Counted from the first letter of the stretch, positions 27,056-40,530 are shown. The stretch: 64,000 bases of DNA from Octopus vulgaris (GCA_951406725.2 OX597824.1:8184001-8248000), one strand, 5' to 3'. Notes: generated from the sequence alone by a model not told the origin. Program-made: numbers and translations.

Positions 27056-27605
27056 TTTGGAGTAGAGATTATTTGCCAACATAACATGGCAGTCCTGGTT
27101 TAGGACGAATGTTACTGTAATTTTTAGCCCCAGGAGACATCGGGAATGTAGCACCCCAACTCAGTTCAAAACAATATCTATGTATCGCGATTCCCAGGTT
27201 ATTTCCCTTCATCAGCACAGAGTACTTGTTCAGCTAGAGGTGACGCTGCCAAATTCCCTTTTGAAATATATAGTTTTCAAAGTGATAACTAGTCACTGAT
27301 CTATAAATTGGAAAATTACTATTTTTAAATCTCACAAGATCAGTGACTAGTTGTCAGTTTGAAAACTATATATTTTGAGCAGGAATTTGTCAGTTCCACC
27401 TCTAGCTGAACAATTATTCTGTGCTGATGAAGGGAAATAACCCGGAAATCGCAATACACAGATATTGTTTTGAGCTGAGTGGGGGTGCTAGATTCCCTTG
27501 TTTGTGTCGTATAGCCAACTGGAGACGATGTCTCCTGGGGTTAAATTACAGCAACATTCATCCTAAACCAGGGCTGCCATGTTGACAAATAATCTTTACT
27601 CCAAA
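27056..27605. mobile_element. Fold-back (inverted pseudo-LTR-like) element with a hammerhead in each arm
   Basis: Arms 27056-27302 and 27337-27605 are reverse complements. Confidence 0.8.
27418..27462 (+). ncRNA. Minimal type-I hammerhead motif; mirror copy at 27177-27221 minus
   Basis: UCUGUG-CUGAUGA-A-GGG(AAAUAA)CCC-G-GAAA-UCGCAA-UA-CACAGA; 6-bp stem I. Confidence 0.72.
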
Positions 27606-27737
27606 TCAACCCCCAGCGCTTATTTTTTACAGATACAGTTAAGTTACGGCAGTGATTCTCAACCATTTTTTTTTTTCACCCGTGGGCCCCTTTGATCACT
27701 ATTTTATTCTGGTGGACCCCCATAACTATTCAAGGTA

Positions 27738-28070
27738 CCCCCTGACTGGCTCCCGTGCCAGTGGAATGTAAAAAGCACCAACCGAACATGGCTGATGCTA
27801 GTGCCCCCTGAATGGCCCCAGTGCCGGTGGCACATAAAAATACTATCCAAACATGATCAATGCCAGGCCAACCTGACTGACACCTGTGCCAGTGGCACGT
27901 AAAAAGCACCCACTACACTCTCAGAGTGGTTGGCGTTAGGAGGGGCATCAAGCTATAGAAACATTGCCAGATCAGACTGGAGCCTGGTGCAGCCTCCTGG
28001 CTTCACAGACCTCAGTCAAACCGTCCAACCCATGCCAGCATAGAAAACAGACATTAAACGATGATTATGA
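27738..28070 (+). mobile_element. SINE-like family B, following a hAT-like MITE end at about 27650
   Basis: Three GTGCC.GTGGCAC.TAAAAA subunits, then the family B 3' end. Confidence 0.8.
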
Positions 28071-28316
28071 CTGACCAAGATGCATGTATGTAGGTATGTA
28101 TAAAAGAAAATGCATAGATAACAGGTTTTACATATTCCTTTATTCATGCAATTATAACACACACTTATTTTTGAGAAGCATTATAGGTGCACTCAGAGTT
28201 TTGTTTACTCAATCGGTCCCTTTGATCAAATGAGAAACACTGAACGACCTTACATAAGTAATGCTATCTTCATCAGTCTGCACTAAAAATGTGGACATAA
28301 ACATTTTCATGTTCTA

Positions 28317-28556
28317 GTACAGTAGGCGGAACACCAGTTAATACTGAAGTGTCTCCACTTTTAGGAAGAGGTCAGCCACTACTCGGTTGAGTAGCTAATT
28401 AAATTGCATCATTTGTACTGGTTTGTATTGCATGCTTGGCAGGCCTCGGTTCTCTAACGTATTTAAGACAGCCAGATGAAGACTGAAGGAACGGTGGAGT
28501 CTAAGAGTGTTACTGCCTCAATTTGTCTTTGTGTGTCATTTCTCAGATTTGTAGCA
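28317..28556 (-). repeat. Right arm of the 240-bp inverted repeat
   Basis: Reverse complement of 25871-26110. Confidence 0.92.
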
Positions 28557-28915
28557 TCATCATCGTTTAACGTCCGTTTTCCATGCTAGCATGGGTTGGA
28601 CAGTTCGACCAGGGTCTGGGAAGCCAGGAGGCTGCACCAGGTTCCAGTCTGATCTATCTGGCAGTGTTTCTACAGCTGGATGCCGTTCCTAACGCCAACC
28701 ACTCCATGAGTGTAGTAAGTGCTTTTTACATGCCACCGGCACAGGTGCCAGGGGAGGCTGGCAACAGCTATGATCGGTTGGTGCTTTATACGTGTCACCG
28801 GCACGGAAGCCAGTCAAGGTGGTGCTGGCATCGACCACGTACGGATGGTGCTTTTTACGTGCCACCGGCACAGGTGCCAGGGGAGGCTGACAACGGCCAC
28901 GATCGGTTGGTGCTT
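28555..28915 (-). mobile_element. SINE-like family B with internal tandem subunits
   Basis: Family B match; TGCCACCGGCACAGGTGCCAGGGGAGGCTG occurs twice. Confidence 0.82.
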
Positions 28916-31640
28916 CGATTTTTACATACATACATGACCATAGTCGCAAACATGGCTACATGTTTAATAAGTTCACGCTGCAACCATGCAATTCTGAACC
29001 GAATCCCACTGTGCAACACCTTGGGCAAGTTTGTCTCCTCCCACAGTCATGGTCCAACTAATGCCTCATGAGCACTGCATCAAGACTATTGTTCATAGAG
29101 ACATGTGCACAAAAATAATGCATAACTGTTTGACATTCTATAGGCTTTGTTTCAGCCAAAATGGTGAATGGTGTTTGCATTCCATATTAACATTATTAGG
29201 ACTGGTTATTCTGCACTTTCAAATATGTGGCATTAAAAACAAAAATATTTCCTTCCTTCAAAAATAGGTACGGGCGGACAATAGGAAGAACATCCAGTCA
29301 CATCCAGTCACAAAACCCTGTCTCGAATATCCTGACCTTCATGCAAACAGATAAACAAGACCCTCATGCAAGCATGGATAAACAATGTTAATCATACAAA
29401 CTACAGACTACTAAATGCTACAATAAAACAAAAAAAAAACCCAACCTACTTTGAAAATATTTGCTAAAAATAACAGTAAAGACAATAATGGACGCAAGCA
29501 CATGAGTACATCAGGCTGGTGGATAAGAATGCTATTATTATCTTCAGTTTAGAAATAATGGTTCCTTGTTGGAATTCAGTCTGATATACAATGTATACAC
29601 ATCCAGATAACAATCAGAGATCAAACTGATTGAAGCTACATCGATGTAAATATAGAAAAGTCTTTTAACTCCATCTTGGTAGATGAAGTAAAAATATAAA
29701 AAAAGTAAAAAAAAAGTTACCATCATGGTGATAAAATATCTTAGATATTTAGATAACTAATTTGCAAAAAAGTGAAAACAATTTGAAACAATAGCTTAGA
29801 ATTGGTAAAACTAGTAACCGGAAAACATCCAAAAATCTAATGTTTAATATTTAAAAAAGAAATAAAAAATATCAAAACAAAAGAATTACAACAAAATATA
29901 TTGAATAAAACATAACACTTCTCAAGACGTGAGAGAGAAGATGACTCAAGTCAGAATTTTGGCATATCATAGAATCTTATGAATTACATCATCAATTAAC
30001 GTCTGTTTTTCCATGCTGGCATGGGTTGGACAGTTTGACAGGAGCTGGTGAGTCAGACTGTGCCAAGTGCTACTGTCTACTTTGGCATAGTTTCTACAGC
30101 GAGATGCCCTTAACTATGAGAAAAATTTGCTGAATGTATGTTTATTCATGTAGCATGGGTTAGAGGGGGGGGGATATTAGAGGTAGGGCTTTTATAACCA
30201 GATGCTCTCCCTGTTGCCAACCATTACCTGTTTTTAAGTAAAGGGTTTTTTTCAAATTTATTCCAGAGGAATATGAAACGGCAGAGACACCAGCTACACT
30301 GACAGGAAACGTTAACATGCATCACTGGTTGCAACCCATCCACAATGGCCCCACCGCTTATGGCCTACCTCAACAAATTCTATATGGTCACTCAAGAGCC
30401 GAGCTTCTTTCTCTTTCTGTCAACTAAATTCCCAAACAAGGCACTGGTCAGTCCAAAGCTTCAGAAGACACCTGTGCATGGTGCTTCATAGTGGGACTGA
30501 ACCCAAAGCCACATGGTCAAGGGGCAAACTTTTTAACTACAAAACCATCCCAACAGCTTGAAAATTATAAACAGATAAGTCATAATTGGACAGTTGGCAT
30601 CCAAAAAGTATGAAGGTTACTAAATTATTGGGTGATCATATGGAATATTTAAAAACATGAATAAACCCTAATTATACATTCCACCCTACAGCCTTAGTTC
30701 AGTTCCATCCATTCATTCTTGCTGTATAATTGTTCAGAATTAAATTCACAAGAGAAATAAATTCAAAATATGGTCTGCGGAAATATTCAAATATTTTATC
30801 ATTAATGCTAGGAACTTAAAACGTTATCTAGGCTTTTTCAGCTAATCATTTTATTATAATTCCCAAACGCTTGAAGAACAAAATTCATAAAGAAAATTTT
30901 AAAATAAAAATAAAATTTAAAAAAAAAAAAAAAACGTTTTTAACTATGTATAAAAGTAAGCCATTTTGGATAATACTTTTGCTACGATTTGGAACAGAAA
31001 AACAAAATGGCAAGAATAAATTGATCAGTACTTTTATATTTGGCAGTCCTGATTTATAGATTTCTCATAAAATAATCCACAAGTAGAGTGGAGGAGAGAA
31101 GATATTTATAACTTAATATCGCTGCCTCTCAATTCAAATCTATATCGTTCCCAAGGTTTGGAGTGGAACCATTAACGCAAAACCAAACGCATACACTGTT
31201 GCAACACCATCAAAGAGAAATCGTCCCAGGCAGTGGAAATAAAGAATGATAACACATGAGATTACTTTCGCCATTTCAAGCCTATCTCAACACAATGTAA
31301 CGTCTGAAAGCAAATATATTTGATCTCCATGCATAACAGATGAAACATTCTTTCCTCTTTATTTGTATATAACGTCAGAAACGAGAAGATGGAAGATGGT
31401 AATAGCATCAATTGTATAATGCTTAAAAGAAGAAATCAAAAGACCCCTTTTTATTGATATAAAAAAAAAGTTAACTGTCGAAAAAAAGAAATTCAGTGTA
31501 GAAGAACTGGTTTATTAAACATCAGCATCATCATCATCACCGTTTTTATGGCTGCATTTTTTCATGCTGGCATGAGTTGGACAAGACTTTTTGGGAGTAG
31601 TGTTTTATAACTGGGATGACCTTCCTGATGTCAATGCTTT

Positions 31641-32020
31641 CTTATTTCTTTATTGCCCACAAGGGGCTAAACATAGATGGGACAAAGAAGGACAGACAAA
31701 CAGATTAAGTCAATTACATCGACCCCAGTGCGTAACTGGTACTTAATTTATCGACCCCGAATAGATGAAAGGCAAAGTCGACCTCGGCAGAATTTGAACT
31801 CAGAAATACCTTATTTCTTTACTACCCACAAGGGGCTAAACACAGAGAGGGGACAAACAAGGACAGACATAGGGATTAAGTTGATTACATCGACCCCAGT
31901 GCGTAACTGGTACTTAATTTATCGACCCTAAAAAGATGAAAGGCAAAGTCGACCTCGGCGGAATTTGAACTCAGAACGTAGCAGCAGCCAAAATACCGCT
32001 AAGCATTTCGGCCAGCTTGC
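31641..32020 (-). mobile_element. SINE family D tandem dimer
   Basis: Two units joined at GAAATACC|TTATTTCTTTACT. Confidence 0.82.
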
Positions 32021-33590
32021 CGCCTTATGCCAATGCTTTCTTGTTGACAAGTAAAGAAATTTATTCCACTGGGTATTTTGCAGGTCAAACTGCCAAGTAG
32101 GGGGGGGGGACATACTGCTTATGCGAGCATACACAAAAGTCACAAAAGACCAAATGGTATTAATACAAAAACACAGGAACTGACACCCACAAATATACTA
32201 CATACGAGCATGGCTGTGTGGTAAGGAGTTAGCTTCCCAACCAAATGGTCCCTAGGGCAAATGTCTTCTACTGTAGCCCTGGGGCTGATCAAAGCCTTGC
32301 GATTAGATTTGATAGACAGAAACTGCAAGAAGCCCGTCGTGTATGTGTTTATTTGTGTCTCTTTGATTTGACATCATGTGATAGTTGTGAAATGGTTTTT
32401 CCCAGTCAAAGAAGCAGCATCAGTCATTTCCAGCAAGGACATGTGGGGGGGGGCAGGTGAGGGTTGGCAACAACAAAAAAAAACATTTAGCTGCAGAAAA
32501 TCTGCCTCACATAAACTTTGTCCAACCCATGCAAGCATGGAAAAGTGGATGTCAAAATGATGATACAAAAGGCTTCAGTACAGTTTCTGTCAATCAAATT
32601 CTCCTCACAAAGCATGAGTCAACCCAAAGCTGTAGCAAAAGACACTTGCCCAAAGTACCACATGGTTACAAAGTGAACTTGTTTGTTAACCATGCAGCCA
32701 TTACTTTTAAAAGGTTAAAACTCCCCCACCCCACCCGCTCCCCAGTTAAAGCTACGGCACCCTGGAGTGTCGCTGCCAGTGATTTAAAAGGTGCTGCAAA
32801 ATTGCCAGCTTTCTGACGCTAACTCATTATAGGTTTTGCAATATTGATATTTAGAATATTGAAAACTAAGAGCCAAACCACGTCAGCTACCACAAATAAC
32901 CTCCAACTATTTCATTAAAAGTTCTATATAAAGAGATCTGTAGAAGAAAGTTCAAAGTATTCTAAAGAGAAGAGAGGGGAAAAAAATGTCAGAGGAGGAA
33001 CTAATAAGATGGTTAACGGCTTACTATAAAATAAGGTGGCAGGGACGGTGTCTAAAATACTGGTATGGATTCCTCATTTTATGGGAAAATCATATAATGA
33101 GTTCCACACCAAAACAAGTTCAGGAACTGCTGCCCTTAAGCCTCCAGTTTGCTTCTTTGCCTTCTCTGCCATCACAGCCATTATCAATATATTGATTAAT
33201 ATCAATTACACGATGATATTAGCCCTTTCTTCACCACACGTCTGCTGAAAATCATTTCCTTGGCATTACATAATTTTGAAAATATTGAGAAATTTAGTAA
33301 AATTAGCAGTCATCATTAAGCTGGTGTTTAAAATATAACTAAATTTAATGATTTTAATTTAGATCACTTAAGATGAGAAGACTGCTTGACAAAATTACAG
33401 AACCGGGGACAGTCTCAGGCAAGTGGACCTCAAAAGGGTTAAAGAAACAAATAACGGAATAAAAGCTTAGCAAGTAATCTTTGCTATACAGGACGAATGT
33501 AGAGAATAAAACCTTAAATATGGTCTTGTAGTTCCAACCCCATACTCGTCCCTGGGGGTCACATCTGCAGTAGAAGGTTCAAATGAATAT

Positions 33591-34155
33591 TATTTCTTTA
33601 CTGCCCACAAGGAGCTACACACAGAGGGGAAAAACAAGGGCAGACAAATGAATTAAGTTAATTATATCAACCCTAGTGAGTGAGTAACTGGTACTTATTT
33701 AATCGACCCCAAAAGGATGAAACGCAAAGTCCACCTCGGCAGAATTTGAACTCAGAACGTAACGGCACACGAAATACCTATTTCTTTACTACCCACAAGG
33801 GGCTAAACACAGAAGGGACAAACAAGGACAGACAAACGGATTAAGTCGACTGCATCGACCCCAGAGTGTAACTGGTACTTAATTTATCGACCCCGAAAGG
33901 ATGAAACGCAAAGTCCACCTCGGCAGAATTTGAACTCAGAACGTAACGGCACACGAAATACCTATTTCTTTACTACCCACAAGGGGCTAAACACAGAGAG
34001 GACAAACAAGGACAGACAAACGGATTAAGTCGATTACATCGACCCCAGAGCGTAACTGGTGCTTAATTTATCGACCCCGAAAGGATGAAACGCAAAGTCC
34101 ACCTCAGCGGAATTTGAACTCAGAACGTAACGGCAGGCAAAATACGGCTACGCAT
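33591..34155 (-). mobile_element. SINE family D tandem trimer (units start at 33591, 33779, 33963)
   Basis: Units of about 185 bp joined at GAAATACC|TATTTCTTTACT. Confidence 0.88.
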
Positions 34156-35233
34156 GGAGTACAGATATTAAAACAACGACGATGTGTCAACCAGCCTGAA
34201 AATGCCCTTCAGCTCTGTGATGCAAACTTAAATTAAAACCGTCCATCACAATATAGGTCAATCTATGTTCTAGACATCGACTTATTAAACAAGTTATTTT
34301 ACTACATTTTTCCTTATTTTAAGAATTAATTGAAGCAAAAACCTTTTTTTTTTTCAACAGAAATATGATAACAAAAGGGGTTAAACTAACTTTTAAAAAA
34401 AAGCTAAGGAATAAACTTAACACTCATGGAACTAGAAAATGAGTATTGAAAAAGGATAGCCTTAAGTAGTGATCCTCAAAATAGGTTCCAAGGAACTTCA
34501 GGGTATGGTGGAAAATAAATTCTGTGGGGGAGGTCACCATTTTCAAAATAATAGGTTATGAAATTATGCATCTTTTATGAATAAATTCTATTTAAAACAC
34601 ATTTTATTTCATTTAATGTCCTATTAAAATTAGAATGGCAGAAGCAGGAATTGGCTGTAAAATACAGGAATGGGTTCTGGGAACCCTTTCTGCCCTAAAG
34701 CATCGATTAGTTCCTTACATTCTCACACACACACACGCAAATTGTGTGTGTGTAACAGGCTTAATACAGTTTCCATCAATCATATTCACAAGACAGTGGT
34801 CAGCTTTGGGCAATAGTAGAAGACACTTGCCCCAAAGCAGTGGGATTGAACCCGAAACCATTTGGTTTTTAAGCGAACTTCTTGACCACACAGCCACCCC
34901 TGCACTTAGTCTCACAGTGAAATCAGGCTTTCAACATCTTGGAAGTGACACAGTTTGTTTCTTGTTTCATTCAATAAAGATGGAATGAAGCCAGTTGAAT
35001 TGCCAACAGTGTCTTACAGGTACCTGTTATTAGCCTGATAAAACAAGACATGCTCCACATTACACAAAAATTGCATTCCTGAAAATCCTACCATTATGTG
35101 GAATTCTGTAATGCAAAACCTACTTTCCGTGTTATGTAACACGGGAGAAAATAAGTTTCACATTACAAAATGCGACACCAAGATTTTCAGGAACACAACA
35201 TTTCCATAGTACGAAAGAAACTTGCAGTAATAA

Positions 35234-35439
35234 TACTCTTTTACTTGTTTCAGTCATTTGACTGCGGCCATGCTGGAGCACCACCTTTATTCAAGCAAAT
35301 CGACCCCGGGACTTATTCTTTTTTGTAAGCCCAGTACTTATTCTATCGGTCTCTTTTGCCGAACCGCTACGTGACGGGGACGTAAACACACCAGCATCGG
35401 TTGTCAAGCAATGCCAGGGGGACAAACACAGACACACAA

Positions 35440-35509
<70 letters not shown>

Positions 35510-35662
35510 GACAGGCTTCTTTCAGTTTCCGTCTACCAAATCCACTCACAAGGCATTGGTCGGCCCAGGGCTATAGCAGAAGACACTTGCCCAAGATGCC
35601 ACGCAGTGGGACTGAACCCGGAACCATGTGGTTGATTAGCAAGCCACTTACCACACAGCCAC
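35234..35662 (-). mobile_element. SINE family A, near full length with internal (TA)n
   Basis: Close match to 47700-48155. Confidence 0.9.
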
Positions 35663-37385
35663 TCATATCAATATTATTTAATTGTAACATTGTTTATTAA
35701 ATTATCAGTAGATCAGAGAATCAATCCGAGTACAATTATTCATCAGCTTTGTTAGAGGAGGACGAAAGACAAAGTCAAACAATGACATTGGTTTGAATGC
35801 AGAGCAGAGAGGAACTGAATGAGACACTTAGGAATCAACACTTTATTTCTGCCAGACCACCACTTATTTTTGCTAACATTAGCCACGAATAATGCGGGGC
35901 CCGTAAAGTTTGTAAAGGAAGGTGGGGGGTAATTGATTTTATTGAGCTCAATAATTGACTAGAAGGAGAAAGAGAAAAACAGATTTCAATCATAACTAAA
36001 TACCATAAGCCATAAGTGGCGGTGGGAGGTGGGGGGGGGTGAGGAGAACCTACTAATTTAATTCTATAATTTGTAACATGGGCCCATTTATAAATATAAT
36101 TATAAAATGGAATGGCAGGCGTATATAAGGGGATGTACATACAGGCTTTATATAAAACCGAAGGGTGGTGGGGTATACAAATTATACATCCAGTCGTTAA
36201 AGAATTGGTAAATCAACATAAATTACACAAAGACATATATATAAAAGTATATAAATAAAAAACAAAAACAAGTGTGCCCCCTCTTCCCCCAGACACACAC
36301 ACACATCATGAGAGAAGCAGCAATTTAAGTTTTGATCAAGGTAATCAAGACCCTGGCGACCTTCCACTACAAGGTTCAAGTGCCAGAATGCCCGTAGGTA
36401 ACTCAGATAGGAGAAAGGGCCTACACTTTGCTGTTCACAGGCCAAAAGGAATCTTTTACAGATTTTCTAAACGGATACATTCAGATAAGAAAAGTCAACC
36501 TGCAGCATTCATAGAATTTCTGAAACTAACAGTGCATGCAATGGAACCAGTAGCTAACAAGGAAGCAGAACTGGGCCGAAGATGTGTTTTACCAACTTAT
36601 CTTAGCAGAATATTCACAACGGTTATACACACGCACAGCTATAAATTCTACCTCCCCATCTAAAACAAGAACAGCATGATGCAAATAGTAAAAAATATCA
36701 AGAATATGTTCATTATTTCAACAAACTGACAAAAATTTTTAAATACTGTTGTGAAAATTAAGAAAGAGAAAGAGAGAGAGAGAGAGAGAGAAAAGAAAAA
36801 AAGCAAATTCCTGCAAATTAATCAAAGTAATAATTTGTAGCCTATATTTTTAGTAAATCAATCTTTGGAAACTCTGAAGAACGCTTGTCCTCTCACACAC
36901 ACACACACACACATACACACACACATACATACACACACACACCACACCGCCTCCGAATTAACTCCAATTCAATGTGGCAGTGTTAGTGTTTGTCTGTAGA
37001 TGAGGGAGAGGAAACGGAAGCCAAAATAGATACCAATCCAGTTTGGCTCATCGTCATTTCTTTTAAAAATAACTTCCACGGAAAACAACGAACAAAAGTT
37101 CCAATCAATCTTGCCCGCCTTTTAATGAGAAGACGGATTGTTCTTGCAATGAGTTTGGAGAGAGAGAGAGAGAGAGGGTGCTTATATCTATGTATAATAT
37201 GCATGTGTGTAAAGTAAAGATGAGGCTATGAAGAACTAGAAATAATGATGGATTTAGGAATTTTACAATTCCAAACAAACTGCAAGGAACTCATGGAAGT
37301 ATAAATAAATGAATAAATAAAAATCTTGAAAGATAAAACTAGAATTAAGCCGTTTCAATAAGTGTACAAGAATTCATTTTGCATG

Positions 37386-37418
<33 letters not shown>

Positions 37419-37511
37419 GTGTATATACATACACATGGATATAAATGTTTATATGTATATACATATATGTATGCATGTATATACACACGTGTATATGTGT
37501 ATGTGTGTATT

Positions 37512-37551
<40 letters not shown>

Positions 37552-37781
37552 TGTATATATATATATATATATATATGGCAGCGCCCCAGCATGGCCACAG
37601 CTCGTGAGCTGAAACTAGATAAAAAAAAAATAAATAAATAAGGATAAGATCATTAACTTAAAATAAAATAACGAACTTATCAAGTGGTCAGCATGGAAAA
37701 AATAACCTTCAAAGGTAATAATTATTAAAATTATAAATTGGGGTACCTAATGGTGGTATCTCGTAGATACCCAAATTTATA

Positions 37782-37813
<32 letters not shown>

Positions 37814-38852
37814 ACACAAACAACTATATACATAAACATGGAAATGTATGTGTGCACATGTGTATTTACATATATGAGAGTTTATGTGAAACAAAGACAT
37901 CGTTATTACCATTATTATTATTATTATTATTATCATTTTAACCCAAAAGATACGTTTGAAAATACAAGAAAAGCTGACAAGAGAGGAAGCAAACCACATA
38001 TATATACACAGCAAATCTCCACATAATTAAAATCAATACTAAGAAACACATACATTTCTTGGACGGATGGAACGGCTGACTCTTAGAAATGAAGAATGTT
38101 TGCAAGGCCAAGTCTAAAACATTTCCACAAGGAAATTTACCATGACAAGTGATTCCTTTCGTAGGCGCTAAGCAAGTTTTCTTGGGAAAGGTGTATATTT
38201 TTTCGACTTGGCTCCAGTGTGTAGTATTATTAGTTCTTGTTTTATCAGTCTCTGGGGATGAACGGTAAAGTCATCCTCCGTGGAATTTCAACTCAGGAAC
38301 TAAGAAGGTACCAAACAAGCTACTGTGTATACATCTTAGGCTTGCTTTGTCTGTGTGAATGTGTGTGTGTAGCAACTTTACAATTTCTTTGCAACGACAA
38401 ATATTGAAGTAAAAAAAAAAAATAAAAAGTTTGGGTAAAATTCTGTGAATCTCAGTTTCTTTGGAATACTTGAAAGAAAACTAAAGAATTTACAGAAAGA
38501 TTTTGTCAAATTGTTAAATTTGAATGAACAAAAGTAATTTACGAGAAAACACAGAAAATGAAATTAAATCTCTCCAAAATTGTAAGAATAAAAGAATACC
38601 ATAAACTTTTTGCAGAATTTGGAAGAATTTCTTTAAAGTGATGAAGGGATAAAAAAGAATAAATAATAAAAAAAAGAGAAATATTCCAACATCAAAGGAT
38701 ATTCAACTGGACCTTGGTAAAGGAACAAAGTACACAACACATACAGGGAGGCATACATCAAGGGGGTGCGAGACAGAGAGAGAAGGAGAGAGAGAGAGGG
38801 AGACAGAGTGAGGGATCTGAAATAAAGGTAAGTGTGGGGTGGTGGTGCATAC

Positions 38853-38878
38853 CTGTTTCTGAAACTTTCTGGCTGCAT
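38853..38878 (-). CDS. Candidate first coding exon MQPESFRN (phase 2)
   Basis: ATG at 38878 to CAG|GTATGC; GC-rich (GCT/GCC)n leader and Inr-like CCATTC near 39115-39120; a phase-0 frame (MTKNTHAARKFQKQ) is also open. Confidence 0.35.
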
Positions 38879-39029
38879 GGGTATTTTTTGTCATGTGAGT
38901 ATTTTCCCTATTCGCACATGGTAAGTTGAGAGGCAGGCAACAGCACATGACTGGCAAAAGAATTGTTACGGGAAAGCAGAAAGCACGAAAGGCTGAAGTG
39001 AAAAACTGACTAAACTAAAGAAAGCTGTT

Positions 39030-39125
39030 GTTGTAGCAGCAGCAGTAGCAGCGGCAGCAGCAGCAACGGCGGCAGCGGCGGCGGTAGCATTAAATATGAG
39101 CTAATGCACACTGCGAATGGAAGCG
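39030..39125 (-). promoter_or_regulatory. Putative TSS / 5' UTR start
   Basis: Locally GC- and CpG-rich trinucleotide tract just downstream of an Inr-like CCATTC, upstream of a donor site. Confidence 0.3.
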
Positions 39126-40051
39126 AAAGAGAGGGGGGGGGGAGCGGGGAGAAGAGACAAACCACAATTCTTTACCATGGCGTTCCACAAGAAAACTTGG
39201 AATCTAGCCAAAAGTATAGAGAGAGAGAGAGAGAGTGTATATATAATAAAATGGGAGGAGGAGGGGGAGGACGGGGTTAGGAGGAAGAAGGGTACAGAAA
39301 TGAAAAAAAAAAAAAAAGAAAAGGATAGGATGATAGGATAGGGAGAAAGTTTGCTAGAGTCTCTCTCTACTACGGGAGTAGAAAGAAATGAGTTACACTG
39401 CCAAAATCTTACGTATCAAAATTTGAGATTAAAATGCTAAAATTAACCCCGAAAAATTACAACCGCTGCAGCAGCTTTTGGGAGGAAATTTTAATAAAAC
39501 AAAGTTGAACGTAACATGAAAAACAGCACAAGTTTAAGAGGCAGAACCAGTCATTGTTATTATTATTATTATTATTACTGTTATTGTTATTATTATTATT
39601 ATTATAAAGGGAAATGAATATAGATCGACGACAAAAGAATAAAGAATAATAAGATAAACACGTAAGAGAAGAAGAGCTGAAGTTGGACAAGAAAGAATAG
39701 CGAAGACAAGGAATCAATCACTGCAAACAAATGTCTTTGAATGTGAGAGAAATTCTAAATAAACTTCTCGTTAGACAGAACCACCAAAACAACAATACAA
39801 AAGAAAAATATATATACACTACAAACGCTGAAGAATAAAAGAGATAGAAACTATTCGCCACAACAAGGGGGGGGTTTCTTTTCTATTCCGTTTTTTTTTT
39901 TCTTCTTTTCTTTTTTTTTTTTATTATCCACACTATTGATCATATTCGAACTAGTAAATAATCAATAGATAATTGCAGAAAACCTCATCATGTTGTGGCT
40001 GGCAGAACAGCACTAAAACTGTTCTTTTATATACATATAATAAACACACAA

Positions 40052-40153
40052 GTATGTGTATATATATACACACACACACACATATATATATACATACATA
40101 CATGTGTATGTATAAATATATATATATATACATATACACACACACATACATAC

Positions 40154-40197
<44 letters not shown>

Positions 40198-40209
40198 GTG
40201 TATGTATAA

Positions 40210-40240
<31 letters not shown>

Positions 40241-40314
40241 TATATATACACGGATGCATACAAAAAGAATTTTATATATGTATATATGTGTATGTATGTA
40301 TATATATATGTATG

Positions 40315-40351
<37 letters not shown>

Positions 40352-40379
40352 ATATATATATATATAAACATATATATAT

Positions 40380-40410
<31 letters not shown>

Positions 40411-40530
40411 CACACATATATATATATACACACATATATATACACACATATATATATATACACACATATACATATATATATATATATACATGGATGCATA
40501 CAGAAAGAATTTTATATATATATACACACG
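40052..40530. repeat. (TA)/(CA) compound microsatellite with a duplicated spacer about 240 bp apart
   Basis: GGATGCATACA.AAAGAATTTTATATAT at about 40252 and 40492. Confidence 0.9.

Noticed and set aside
28240-28285. CUGAUGA on the minus strand (other isolated CUGANGA hits near 9269, 39829, 52515)
   Set aside because: No GAAA, UH or stems in register, so not hammerheads
33591-34155. CRISPR-like regular repetition
   Set aside because: Whole 185-bp units repeat with no unique spacers; these are tandem SINE copies in a eukaryotic context
36274-36663. 129-aa plus-strand ORF
   Set aside because: GTG start, no homology recognised and no splice support
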